From Patescibacteria group bacterium (GTDB taxonomy: Bacteria > Patescibacteriota > SICC01), in contig JBBDXB010000006.1 in the NCBI GenBank assembly GCA_040902515.1, positions 335,814 to 399,813 on the forward strand: a stretch of 64,000 bases of DNA, read 5' to 3'. The translations under genes were made by a program, and so were the position numbers. The number at the start of each line of letters is the position of its first letter. The stretch's first letter is position 1. This document shows positions 34,738 to 43,108 of this stretch, in pieces. The notes below the pieces were generated by a model that was not told the origin of the DNA, made no database searches, and worked only from the letters and a program-made list of their open reading frames with translations.

Positions 34738-35025
34738 ATGGCCCTTGCAGAAGCCAGTCCCGAGTATTCCCAGGAAGAGATATTCCTGCCGGTGCGAGCC
34801 ACCGTACTACATCTGGTCAGGGGTGATGATTACGATCCTGAGCACTCCCCGGCGGCTATCGCCGAAGGATTTGGCGTTGGCGCAGATAATGTTAGGGAAA
34901 TTTTCAGCGGTTGCTTCGCACGAGGAGAGATCGACCGGGCCCCCACCGAAGACGGTTCCATGTTGGTCATCACGGCCGACGGTGAACGGAAACTGGCCGA
35001 GATAGAGGAGCGCCTCGCCGCGTAG
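34738..35025 (+). CDS. hypothetical small protein (95 aa) inserted between truB and rpsO
   Basis: ORF only. No homology recognised. Confidence 0.35.
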   Translation: MALAEASPEYSQEEIFLPVRATVLHLVRGDDYDPEHSPAAIAEGFGVGADNVREIFSGCFARGEIDRAPTEDGSMLVITADGERKLAEIEERLAA

Positions 35026-35061
35026 ACAGCAGTCCGTCCACCTGCTAGACTGCACCTCGCT

Positions 35062-35328
35062 ATGCTGACAGCTGAGCAGAAAAGTACGGTCATCAAGAAG
35101 CACGCCACGTCGAAGAACGACGTCGGCTCTGCGCCGGTGCAAATCGCCCTCCTGACGGAGCGGATCAACGACCTCACCGGCCACATGAAGACCCATAAGA
35201 AAGACCTGCACAGCGAGCGGGGGCTGGAACTCCTGGTCGGCAAACGCAAGCGGCTCCTGGCGTACCTGCAGCGGGAAGACCCGAAGCAGTACCAGGAACT
35301 GGTAAAGACCCTTAAGCTACGTAAGTAA
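35062..35328 (+). CDS. rpsO: 30S ribosomal protein S15
   Basis: MLTAEQKSTVIKKHATSKNDVGSAPVQIALLTERINDLTGH… S15 signature. Confidence 0.95.
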   Translation: MLTAEQKSTVIKKHATSKNDVGSAPVQIALLTERINDLTGHMKTHKKDLHSERGLELLVGKRKRLLAYLQREDPKQYQELVKTLKLRK

Positions 35329-35429
35329 GTAATTAACGGCACGGAGCGTGTCGAGATCCAAGCGCCGAGCTGGCAGGCTCGCCTCGGCATTCGGACTTCT
35401 ACATGCTCCTCGCCACAGAAGGAGGAAGC

Positions 35430-37625
35430 ATGTTCAACGTGCACACCGCAGAAGGCGTTTTCGGGCGCGAAACACTCAAGTACGAGACCGGCAAGCTTGC
35501 CGGCTTGGCCCATGGCGCCGTCACGGCGCGGTACGGGGATACCGTCGTCCTGGTGACGGCAGTGGTCGGGGACCAGAAACCCGGCTTCGACTACTTCCCG
35601 CTGATGGTCAGCTATGAAGAGAAGATGTACGCGGCCGGCAAGATCTCCGGCGGTTTCTTCAAGCGGGAAGGCCGTCCCAGCGAAGAAGCGACCCTGACGT
35701 CCCGGCTGATCGATCGCCCGATCCGCCCGCTCTTCCCCAAGGGCTGCCGCAACGACATCCAGGTAATCGCCACGGTGCTGTCCGTGGACGGCGTGCACCA
35801 TCCCGACATCGTCGCGATGAACGCCGCTTCGGCAGCGCTGCATGCGGCGGGTTCGCCGATGGTCGAGATGATCGGTGGCGTCCGGATTGGCATGGTCGAC
35901 GGCGCGTTCGTCGTGAACCCGACCGAATCGGAACGTGAGCAATCCACGCTGGACCTGATCGTCGCGGGCACCAAGGACAAGGTCATGATGGTCGAGGCGG
36001 GCGCCAACGAGGTTCCCGAGGAGAAGATGCTCGAAGCGTTCGAGCTGGCATTGTCCGAGATCAAGAAGGCGATCACCATCCAGGAGGACTTGGTCGCCAA
36101 GGTCGCGCCGGCGAAGCGGCAGACGGCGCTGGCCGAAGTCGATCCCGACCTTGAGCGCGAAGTCGCGGAGAAGACCCGGGCGAAGCTCCTGGAGGTCACC
36201 CTGAACTCCAGCCAGGAGGAACGCGAAAAGAAGATAGCCGAACTGACCGGCTGGCTGGCCGAGGAGCTGATGCCGGAAGAAGGCGCTGAGGATCCGAAAT
36301 GGACTCAGGGCCAGGTGAAGGATGCCTTCACCAAGGTCGAGCAAGAAGTGATCCGGGAATCCATCCTCAAGCATGAGGTACGTCCTGACGGACGGAAGCT
36401 CGAAGAGATCCGTCCGATTTCCTGCGAGACCGGCGTCCTGCCGCGGACCCACGGCTCCGCCCTGTTCACGCGCGGCCAGACCCAAGCGCTCACGCTGACC
36501 ACGCTCGGTACCCCGGGCGACCAGCAGATCATCGACACGATGCTCGAAGACACCAAACGGCGCTACATGCACCACTACAACTTCCCTCCGTTCTCGGTGG
36601 GTGAAGCGCGTCCCGTCCGCGGCCCCGGCCGCCGGGAGATCGGGCACGGTTCGCTGGCGGAGCGGGCGCTGCTCCCGATGATCCCGGAGCAAGAGGACTT
36701 CCCGTACACGATGCGGTTGGTCAGCGAGATCCTCGCGTCAAACGGTTCCACCTCAATGGCGTCGGTCTGCGGTTCCACGCTTTCCTTGATGGACGCGGGC
36801 GTGCCGATCAAGAAGCCGGTCTCCGGCATCGCGATGGGCCTCGTCACCGACGGCGACACCACCAAGGTGCTCACCGACATCCAGGGTGCCGAGGACTTCG
36901 CCGGCGACATGGACTTCAAGGTCGCGGGTACCAAGGACGGCATCACCGCACTGCAGATGGACATGAAGGTCTGGGGCATCCCGCTGGATGTGATGGACCA
37001 GGCGCTGGCGCAGGCCAAGACTGCACGGCTGGAGATCATGGAGAAAATGCTGGAGACGATCCCCGAGCCGCGGCAGGAGATGGCGCCGCACGCGCCGCGG
37101 ATCACCACGATGAAGATCGACCCGGAGAAGATACGGATCGTGATCGGTCCGGGCGGCAAGACGATCAACGAGATCACCCAGGCGACCGGCGTGACCATCG
37201 ACCTCGAGGACGACGGCACCGTGATGATCGGTTCGATCGACGGCGACGGCGCCACGAAGGCGAAGGAGTGGATCGAGGCGCTTACCGCCGAGCCGGAAGT
37301 CGGCAAGGTCTACGACGGTAAGGTCACCAAGCTGATGCCATTCGGCGCGTTCGTGGAATTCATGCCGGGCAAGGAAGGCATGGTCCACATCTCCCAGATC
37401 GCGGACGAGCGGATCGGGGCCGTGGAAGACGTGCTCTCGGTCGGCGACGAAACGAAGGTGATGGTGATCGAAGTCGACTCACAAGGTCGTAACAACCTTT
37501 CGATCAAGGCCGCGAAGAACGGCAGCGACGCCGCCGCCGCCGCGGACGAAGTCCGGCAGGCCCGCGGCAGCGGCCCGGCCGGCGGCCGGGGCGACCGCCG
37601 TGGACCGCGCGGACCCCGCCGGTGA
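35430..37625 (+). CDS. pnp: polynucleotide phosphorylase
   Basis: Two RNase PH domains, KH and S1 domains. AAGGAGG 4 nt upstream of ATG 35430. R/G-rich C-terminal tail. Confidence 0.95.
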   Translation: MFNVHTAEGVFGRETLKYETGKLAGLAHGAVTARYGDTVVLVTAVVGDQKPGFDYFPLMVSYEEKMYAAGKISGGFFKREGRPSEEATLTSRLIDRPIRPLFPKGCRNDIQVIATVLSVDGVHHPDIVAMNAASAALHAAGSPMVEMIGGVRIGMVDGAFVVNPTESEREQSTLDLIVAGTKDKVMMVEAGANEVPEEKMLEAFELALSEIKKAITIQEDLVAKVAPAKRQTALAEVDPDLEREVAEKTRAKLLEVTLNSSQEEREKKIAELTGWLAEELMPEEGAEDPKWTQGQVKDAFTKVEQEVIRESILKHEVRPDGRKLEEIRPISCETGVLPRTHGSALFTRGQTQALTLTTLGTPGDQQIIDTMLEDTKRRYMHHYNFPPFSVGEARPVRGPGRREIGHGSLAERALLPMIPEQEDFPYTMRLVSEILASNGSTSMASVCGSTLSLMDAGVPIKKPVSGIAMGLVTDGDTTKVLTDIQGAEDFAGDMDFKVAGTKDGITALQMDMKVWGIPLDVMDQALAQAKTARLEIMEKMLETIPEPRQEMAPHAPRITTMKIDPEKIRIVIGPGGKTINEITQATGVTIDLEDDGTVMIGSIDGDGATKAKEWIEALTAEPEVGKVYDGKVTKLMPFGAFVEFMPGKEGMVHISQIADERIGAVEDVLSVGDETKVMVIEVDSQGRNNLSIKAAKNGSDAAAAADEVRQARGSGPAGGRGDRRGPRGPRR

Positions 37626-37696
37626 CCGTCAGTAATCCAGGTCCCTGCCGTTCGTCCATTGACTACGGCGGGGATTTTGGCATAGTTTGGAGCATC

Positions 37697-38323
37697 ATGG
37701 AAGCCGCGCAAGCACCAGGTCGCGGGCCGGAACGCGAACACGCCGCCGCCCGGCGCCTCCGGCTCGTCTTGTCCGGAGAGGTTGATGTACCCGAACTGCC
37801 TGATACGGATCCACCGGATGAGAGCCGGCTTGGTGATGCCGTGTTGCACGAGGCTGCGTTGGAAGAAGAAGCGCTTCGGATCCGTGCCCGCTACGATATC
37901 CACGGCATGCTGGCGGAGGAAGCAAAGAGACTGATCCGGATTCCGGAGAAACATGGCGGGTACCGTGACGTCGAGACGAACCGCCGGTTCGCCGTGATCA
38001 CTGACTCCGATGGTCGTTTGGAATCGATCATGTTCGAGGATCCGGAAATTGACGAGAAAGGCGAGCGCTCCCGGACGATCCGGTATGAACGGTATATTCG
38101 TGAAGAAGTGACGATCGATCCTTCGCAGGTAGAACCGGAAGGACCGCGCAAGTATTCCGTTTGGAAACGGGAAGACCTCTTCGCGGAAGTCGATAATGAG
38201 ACCCATGAGACAGTGGATCACTGGTACGGTCCAGCAGCAGAAGTCGATACCGACGAGGTTACCAAACTCCATGCCATGGTCTCAGAGATTACCGGCACGA
38301 TCAGCCGGCCGCGGGCAAACTAG
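37697..38323 (+). CDS. hypothetical acidic protein (208 aa)
   Basis: GGAG 5 nt upstream of ATG 37697. The antisense 320-aa ORF overlaps pnp and is judged spurious. Confidence 0.45.
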   Translation: MEAAQAPGRGPEREHAAARRLRLVLSGEVDVPELPDTDPPDESRLGDAVLHEAALEEEALRIRARYDIHGMLAEEAKRLIRIPEKHGGYRDVETNRRFAVITDSDGRLESIMFEDPEIDEKGERSRTIRYERYIREEVTIDPSQVEPEGPRKYSVWKREDLFAEVDNETHETVDHWYGPAAEVDTDEVTKLHAMVSEITGTISRPRAN

Positions 38324-38347
38324 CATAATCTTGCTACAATACCCCGG

Positions 38348-39913
38348 ATGGCACGAACCGCCCGGAAAATGCGACGGTTGCCCGGCTCCTTGCATAAGGT
38401 GCGGTTTTGGCCGGCCTTGGTAGCGGGTGTCGCACTGATTCTGCTCGGCATGTGGTTCTGGCTCGCGGTGATGCGCGCGTCGGTGAGCCAAGCGCTGCTG
38501 GCGGAACTTCCCCAGGACAGCCGGATTGCCGGGGTGGTCAAGCTTTCCGCGATCGACCTGGACACCATCGAACAGGTGAGCCAGTCGGCGAGCATCTATC
38601 CCGCGGGTGTCGAATCACTGGTCGCGACGCTCCGGGATGCGGCGCCGGCTGAACTGTTCGCCAAGGCGCTCGGACCGGAGGTCGCGTTCGCGGACGTACA
38701 CGGGCATTCTCTGGCCGTGGTGACGATCCGAGACCAGGCGTCGTTCGAGGAGCTCTCCGGAAAGGTCGGGGCACGGCTGGGGGAGCCGGGCATTTCCCAT
38801 GCGGAGTCAGCCGAGCGGGGCCGTGTGCCGTTCTTCAGCGCGAAGCTGGCGGAATCAGACCGGACCGTCTTCGCTTACCGCGAGGACGACCTGCTTTTCG
38901 TCGCGACGGATCCCGAGCCGATACTGGATGCGCTCGCCCAGCGGCAGGGGTTTGACGCGACCACGGCGTTCGAGGACGTTTCCGGAAGGTTGCCGGGCGG
39001 AGCGGACGCGTACGTCTTCCTGGACGGCCGCCTGGCGGACCGCTATCCCCGACTGGGATTCTCGCTGATCGGCGTGGCCATCCGTGACGAGGATGAACAC
39101 CTGCGCCTACAGGCGGTCAGCGCGGACCCGCCCGAGGTCAACGTATCATTACCCGCCGCTTCCGGCGGCCTGCTGCCCGCGCCCGAACAGGCGACGCTCG
39201 GCATATCCGGCACGAGCGTGCTCCGGTATCTCCAGCTGCTCGAAGCACAGCGCAGCGAACGGGCGCTTCCGGAGGTGATCAAGCTGCAGAACGGGATCGC
39301 GTCACTGAACCGTCGGCTCGGAGTTGACCTGGAGACGGACTATCTGGCCGCCGCTGACGGGCGGTTCACGTACGCGCGGTTTGCGGACGGGAAATCGCAA
39401 CGGTGGATGACGTTATTGGAGTTCGAGGGTCCGGAGGTGGCCCGTACCAAGGTCGAAAGCTTCGAGCAGCTGGCGCGCGAGAAACTGACCGTGCCAGTCC
39501 GTCGAGAAGTGGTCAAAGTGCTGCCGGATGGTTCCCGCTCACGCGAGATCGAATCGGAGAAGCAGGAGCGGCTGAAGTTCGGCGCGGTGGAGGTGGAAGA
39601 CCAGCCGGCCAAGGCGGTCAAGCTGCCGGAACTCGGCCGGATCGTCTGGCAGGTCCGTGACCGGTTCCTGCTGGTCGGTGACAGCGAACGGAGCGTTGCC
39701 CGCTTGGTCCGGACGATCCGGAAACCGACGGATACCGTCGATGGCGAAGGACAGCTTGCCGTCCGTCTGGATCTCTCGAAGGCCGGGACGTTGACTGGTG
39801 GCGAGGACGTGATTTTCAGTTGGATCCTGGCGACCCGTCCGGCAGAGGGCGAGCTCACCCTGGGCAAGGAGAGCGGCGTGCTTTCCGGATTCGTGACGTT
39901 CGCGGAGCGCTGA
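38348..39913 (+). CDS. hypothetical membrane-anchored protein (521 aa)
   Basis: N-terminal TM helix and a large extracytoplasmic domain. Stop overlaps the nfo start by 1 nt. Confidence 0.5.
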   Translation: MARTARKMRRLPGSLHKVRFWPALVAGVALILLGMWFWLAVMRASVSQALLAELPQDSRIAGVVKLSAIDLDTIEQVSQSASIYPAGVESLVATLRDAAPAELFAKALGPEVAFADVHGHSLAVVTIRDQASFEELSGKVGARLGEPGISHAESAERGRVPFFSAKLAESDRTVFAYREDDLLFVATDPEPILDALAQRQGFDATTAFEDVSGRLPGGADAYVFLDGRLADRYPRLGFSLIGVAIRDEDEHLRLQAVSADPPEVNVSLPAASGGLLPAPEQATLGISGTSVLRYLQLLEAQRSERALPEVIKLQNGIASLNRRLGVDLETDYLAAADGRFTYARFADGKSQRWMTLLEFEGPEVARTKVESFEQLAREKLTVPVRREVVKVLPDGSRSREIESEKQERLKFGAVEVEDQPAKAVKLPELGRIVWQVRDRFLLVGDSERSVARLVRTIRKPTDTVDGEGQLAVRLDLSKAGTLTGGEDVIFSWILATRPAEGELTLGKESGVLSGFVTFAER

Positions 39914-40806
39914 TGCGGCTCGGTGCGCACCTTTCGGTGGCCAAGGGGCTGCCCCACCTGTTGCAACAGGCCGACGATCTCGGCGCGACGGCGATCCAGA
40001 TCTTCGCCCGCAACCCCCGCGGTCGTGGGGAGACGAAGATATCGCCCGAGGATGCCGCCGCATTCCGTGCCGGCCTCAAGCGACGCAAGGCGAAGCTGTT
40101 CATCCATGCCCCGTATTACGTGCAGGTCGGTGCGAGCGATGCCCGGAACCGGCGGATCGCCGCGGAAGTCGCGGCCGCCGACCTGGTGAAAGGCGACCTA
40201 CTGGGAGCCGACGGTGTCGTCGTGCACTTCGGCGGCTCCGTCGACGCGGATGGTCCCGACGTAAGCACGGCGCATACGGTCAAGACCATCAAGGCGGCGT
40301 TCAAGAAGTCCGGCCCGACGAACTGCCGGCTGCTCCTCGAGATTTCGGCCAGCGACAAGCGGGTCGGCGGGACCTTCGAGCAGATCAGGAACATCCTGGA
40401 CGGCGTCGGTGAGCCGTCACGGGTCGGCGTCTGCCTCGACACGTGCCACCTGTATACCGCGGGATTCGATATCCGCGGGAGCGGCGCTACCAGGGTCCTC
40501 AACCGGTTCGCGAAAACGGTGGGGCTCCGGAAGCTGAAGGTGGTCCACCTGAACGATACCCAATCCGATCTCGGCCAGGGACTGGACCGGCACTTCCACA
40601 TCGGCCAAGGGCAGATCGGCGAGGCCGCGTTCCGGAACCTGCTCCGTGATTCCCGGCTGAGGAACATGGACTTCGTGTTGGAAACGCCGAAGGAGGGCTG
40701 GGGTGAAGCCACGCGCCTACCGAAAACCAAGGGCGCGCCATCGATCGACGCGGATGCCCGAAACCTGGCCACGCTCCGCCGGCTCGCCGGTACGGCCGCC
40801 CGCTGA
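39913..40806 (+). CDS. nfo: endonuclease IV (AP endonuclease)
   Basis: TIM-barrel xylose-isomerase-like fold with metal-binding His/Asp/Glu (IFARNPRG; HAPY; CLDTCH; VHLND). Confidence 0.9.
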   Translation: MRLGAHLSVAKGLPHLLQQADDLGATAIQIFARNPRGRGETKISPEDAAAFRAGLKRRKAKLFIHAPYYVQVGASDARNRRIAAEVAAADLVKGDLLGADGVVVHFGGSVDADGPDVSTAHTVKTIKAAFKKSGPTNCRLLLEISASDKRVGGTFEQIRNILDGVGEPSRVGVCLDTCHLYTAGFDIRGSGATRVLNRFAKTVGLRKLKVVHLNDTQSDLGQGLDRHFHIGQGQIGEAAFRNLLRDSRLRNMDFVLETPKEGWGEATRLPKTKGAPSIDADARNLATLRRLAGTAAR

Positions 40807-40818
40807 TACGCTAAGACC

Positions 40819-41265
40819 ATGGCGAGACAAAACACCAATCCGGTCCGGTCGAACCCGACCCATCCGGCGGCGTACGTGGCCTGGGCACAAGCGCTGGCCG
40901 CGACATCCGGCAGCCTCTACTTCAGCGAAGCCGCGGGATACCTGCCGTGCCTGCTCTGCTGGTACCAGCGGATCGCGATGTATCCGCTGGTCGTGATCCT
41001 GGCAGTCGGTATCCTGCGCCGGGACGCGAAGATGTACCAGTACGCCCTGCCGCTGGCGATCATCGGCGCTCTAGTCGCGCTATACCACGTACTGCTCTAC
41101 TACGGCGTGTTCCCCGAATCGGAACAGACCTGCCGGGCCGGGGTATCCTGTACGACCGAATACATCGAGTACCTGGGATTCATCACGATCCCGTTGCTCT
41201 CGCTGGTATCGTTCCTGGTAATTATCGGGTGCATGATGCTACTTTGGAAAGCGGCTAGGAGATGA
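40819..41265 (+). CDS. disulfide bond formation protein B (DsbB/BdbC-like)
   Basis: Four TM helices. Cys pairs CLLC and CRAGVSC in loops. Confidence 0.75.
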   Translation: MARQNTNPVRSNPTHPAAYVAWAQALAATSGSLYFSEAAGYLPCLLCWYQRIAMYPLVVILAVGILRRDAKMYQYALPLAIIGALVALYHVLLYYGVFPESEQTCRAGVSCTTEYIEYLGFITIPLLSLVSFLVIIGCMMLLWKAARR

Positions 41266-41891
41266 ACACCGAATCGAAAGTCATGATCGCCATCGCCGCC
41301 GTGATCACCGTCGCGGTGAGCGTGCTCTTGGTGATGAACGGTTCGTCACAAGGTGAATCCGAGGTGGCCGATCCCGGCAAGCTGGTCCGCGAGGATTCGA
41401 TCCAGTCCAACCCCGACGCCGCGGTGACGGTCGTGGAATTCGGTGACCTGCAGTGTCCGGCCTGTGCCGACGCCAACGCCACGGTCCAGCAGATCAAGGA
41501 TGAGTTCAAGGATCGGGTGAACGTGGTCTGGCGGCACTTCCCGCTGGACAGCCATGCCAACGCCGAGGCGGCCGCGAATGCCGCCGAGGCGGCCCATGCC
41601 CAAGGGAAATTCTTCGAATATGCCGATACCCTCTTCGCCCAGCAGGGTTCCTGGAGTGATACCACGGGCGGCAGCTTGGTCCAGCTTTTCGTGCAGTACG
41701 GTGAGGCACTCCAGCTCGACGGCGATACCATCACGCAGGCCGTGGAGAACGAGCAGTACCAGGATAAGATCGATCGCGACCGTCAGGATGGTCTGGCGCT
41801 CGGCGTCAATTCCACGCCGAGCTTCTTCGTGAACGGACAGCCGGTGCCGACCACGGGGCTCCGCCAGGCCGTCCAGGACGCCCTGAAGTAG
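41262..41891 (+). CDS. DsbA-family thiol-disulfide oxidoreductase
   Basis: N-terminal TM/signal helix. Thioredoxin fold with CPAC active site (GDLQCPACAD). ATGA overlap with dsbB. Confidence 0.8.
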   Translation: MNTESKVMIAIAAVITVAVSVLLVMNGSSQGESEVADPGKLVREDSIQSNPDAAVTVVEFGDLQCPACADANATVQQIKDEFKDRVNVVWRHFPLDSHANAEAAANAAEAAHAQGKFFEYADTLFAQQGSWSDTTGGSLVQLFVQYGEALQLDGDTITQAVENEQYQDKIDRDRQDGLALGVNSTPSFFVNGQPVPTTGLRQAVQDALK

Positions 41892-41902
41892 CCAGTACCG
41901 CG

Positions 41903-42400
41903 ATGCGCATCGGTATCCTCGGCGATATCCACGACAACCGGGCCAATCTCGCGAAAGTGCTTTCGGGAATGCAGGCGGTCCGTCCGGATCTGATCCTCTG
42001 CCTGGGCGACCTGACCGAACCGTCGGTGCTGCTTCCTATCACTCAGGCCTTTCCGGAAACGCCGCTCCACCTCGTCTCCGGCAATTGCGATTCTGACGAA
42101 TCGATAAAGTGCTTCATTGACAAGGAATCACTCGATGGGGTACACTATCATCACTTAACAGGAAGGCTGACGCTTGATGACAAGCGGATCGCCTTCACTC
42201 ACAAGCCCCGCCACGCCGAGGTCCTTCTCCAGGAAGACTTCGACGTCATCTGCTTCGGGCACACGCATGAACCGCGCCTCCTTTCCAAGGAGGATACGTT
42301 GCTGGTCAATCCAGGCGATGTACAAGGACGTTTCGGCGAGCGCCCCGGATATGCCGTGTATGACACGGCCAGCGGCCGGGCGGAACTGAAGAACGTTTGA
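41903..42400 (+). CDS. metallophosphoesterase (YfcE-like)
   Basis: GDIHDN, LGDLTE and GHTH calcineurin-like motifs. Confidence 0.8.
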   Translation: MRIGILGDIHDNRANLAKVLSGMQAVRPDLILCLGDLTEPSVLLPITQAFPETPLHLVSGNCDSDESIKCFIDKESLDGVHYHHLTGRLTLDDKRIAFTHKPRHAEVLLQEDFDVICFGHTHEPRLLSKEDTLLVNPGDVQGRFGERPGYAVYDTASGRAELKNV

Positions 42401-43107
42401 AACCGAATAAGTCACTGGACCAGATCGCCGAGGAAATCCGCGCCCACCGCGGGTGTGGATTCGAGCCGTGCGAAACCTGCACGAACCCGGTACCGGGCGA
42501 AGGAAATCCCCATGCCGAGATCATGTTCATCGGCGAAGGGCCGGGGAAGAACGAAGACCTCCAAGGGCGTCCGTTCGTCGGCGCGGCCGGAAAGCTGCTC
42601 GACGAATTGATCGCTTCCATCGGCCTGCAGCGCGGGGACGTGTTCATCACCAACGTGTTGAAGGCGCGTCCGCCGGGAAACCGCGACCCGAAGCCGGATG
42701 AGATCGACCATTCCTGGCCTTGGCTGCGTGACCAGATCGCGAACATCCGTCCGAAGCTGCTGGTGCTGCTGGGCCGGCACGCGATGGACTGGTTCCTCCC
42801 GGACCTCCGGATCTCGGCCGATCACGGACGGGCCAAGCGCTTCCGCGGGCAGGTATATCTGCCGGTGTACCATCCCGCGGCGGCGCTATACACGGGCTCG
42901 CTCCGCCAGACGCTTTTCGACGACTTCAAGCAGATTCCCAAACTGCTGGAGAAGATCAAGCAGCAGCCGGCGCAGGAACCGGTGATCGAGCCGGCGTTCA
43001 AGCTGAAGCTGGAACCGAAGGCAGGCACACCTGCCGACCTGGGAAGCGACGCCAAGGCGCCTGCGACCCGGCAGACTACCAACAATAACCAAGGAAATTT
43101 ACTCTGA
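42397..43107 (+). CDS. uracil-DNA glycosylase, family 4
   Basis: GEGPG…RPFVG-AG motif A and Fe-S Cys residues. TTG start overlapping the upstream stop. Confidence 0.85.
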   Translation: MKPNKSLDQIAEEIRAHRGCGFEPCETCTNPVPGEGNPHAEIMFIGEGPGKNEDLQGRPFVGAAGKLLDELIASIGLQRGDVFITNVLKARPPGNRDPKPDEIDHSWPWLRDQIANIRPKLLVLLGRHAMDWFLPDLRISADHGRAKRFRGQVYLPVYHPAAALYTGSLRQTLFDDFKQIPKLLEKIKQQPAQEPVIEPAFKLKLEPKAGTPADLGSDAKAPATRQTTNNNQGNLL

Positions 43108-43108
43108 T

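Noticed and set aside
34830-38272. 620-aa (34830..36692) and 320-aa (37310..38272) minus-strand ORFs across rpsO-pnp and the downstream hypothetical
   Set aside because: They are antisense to the S15 and PNPase genes. Cys/Arg/Ser-rich nonsense composition.
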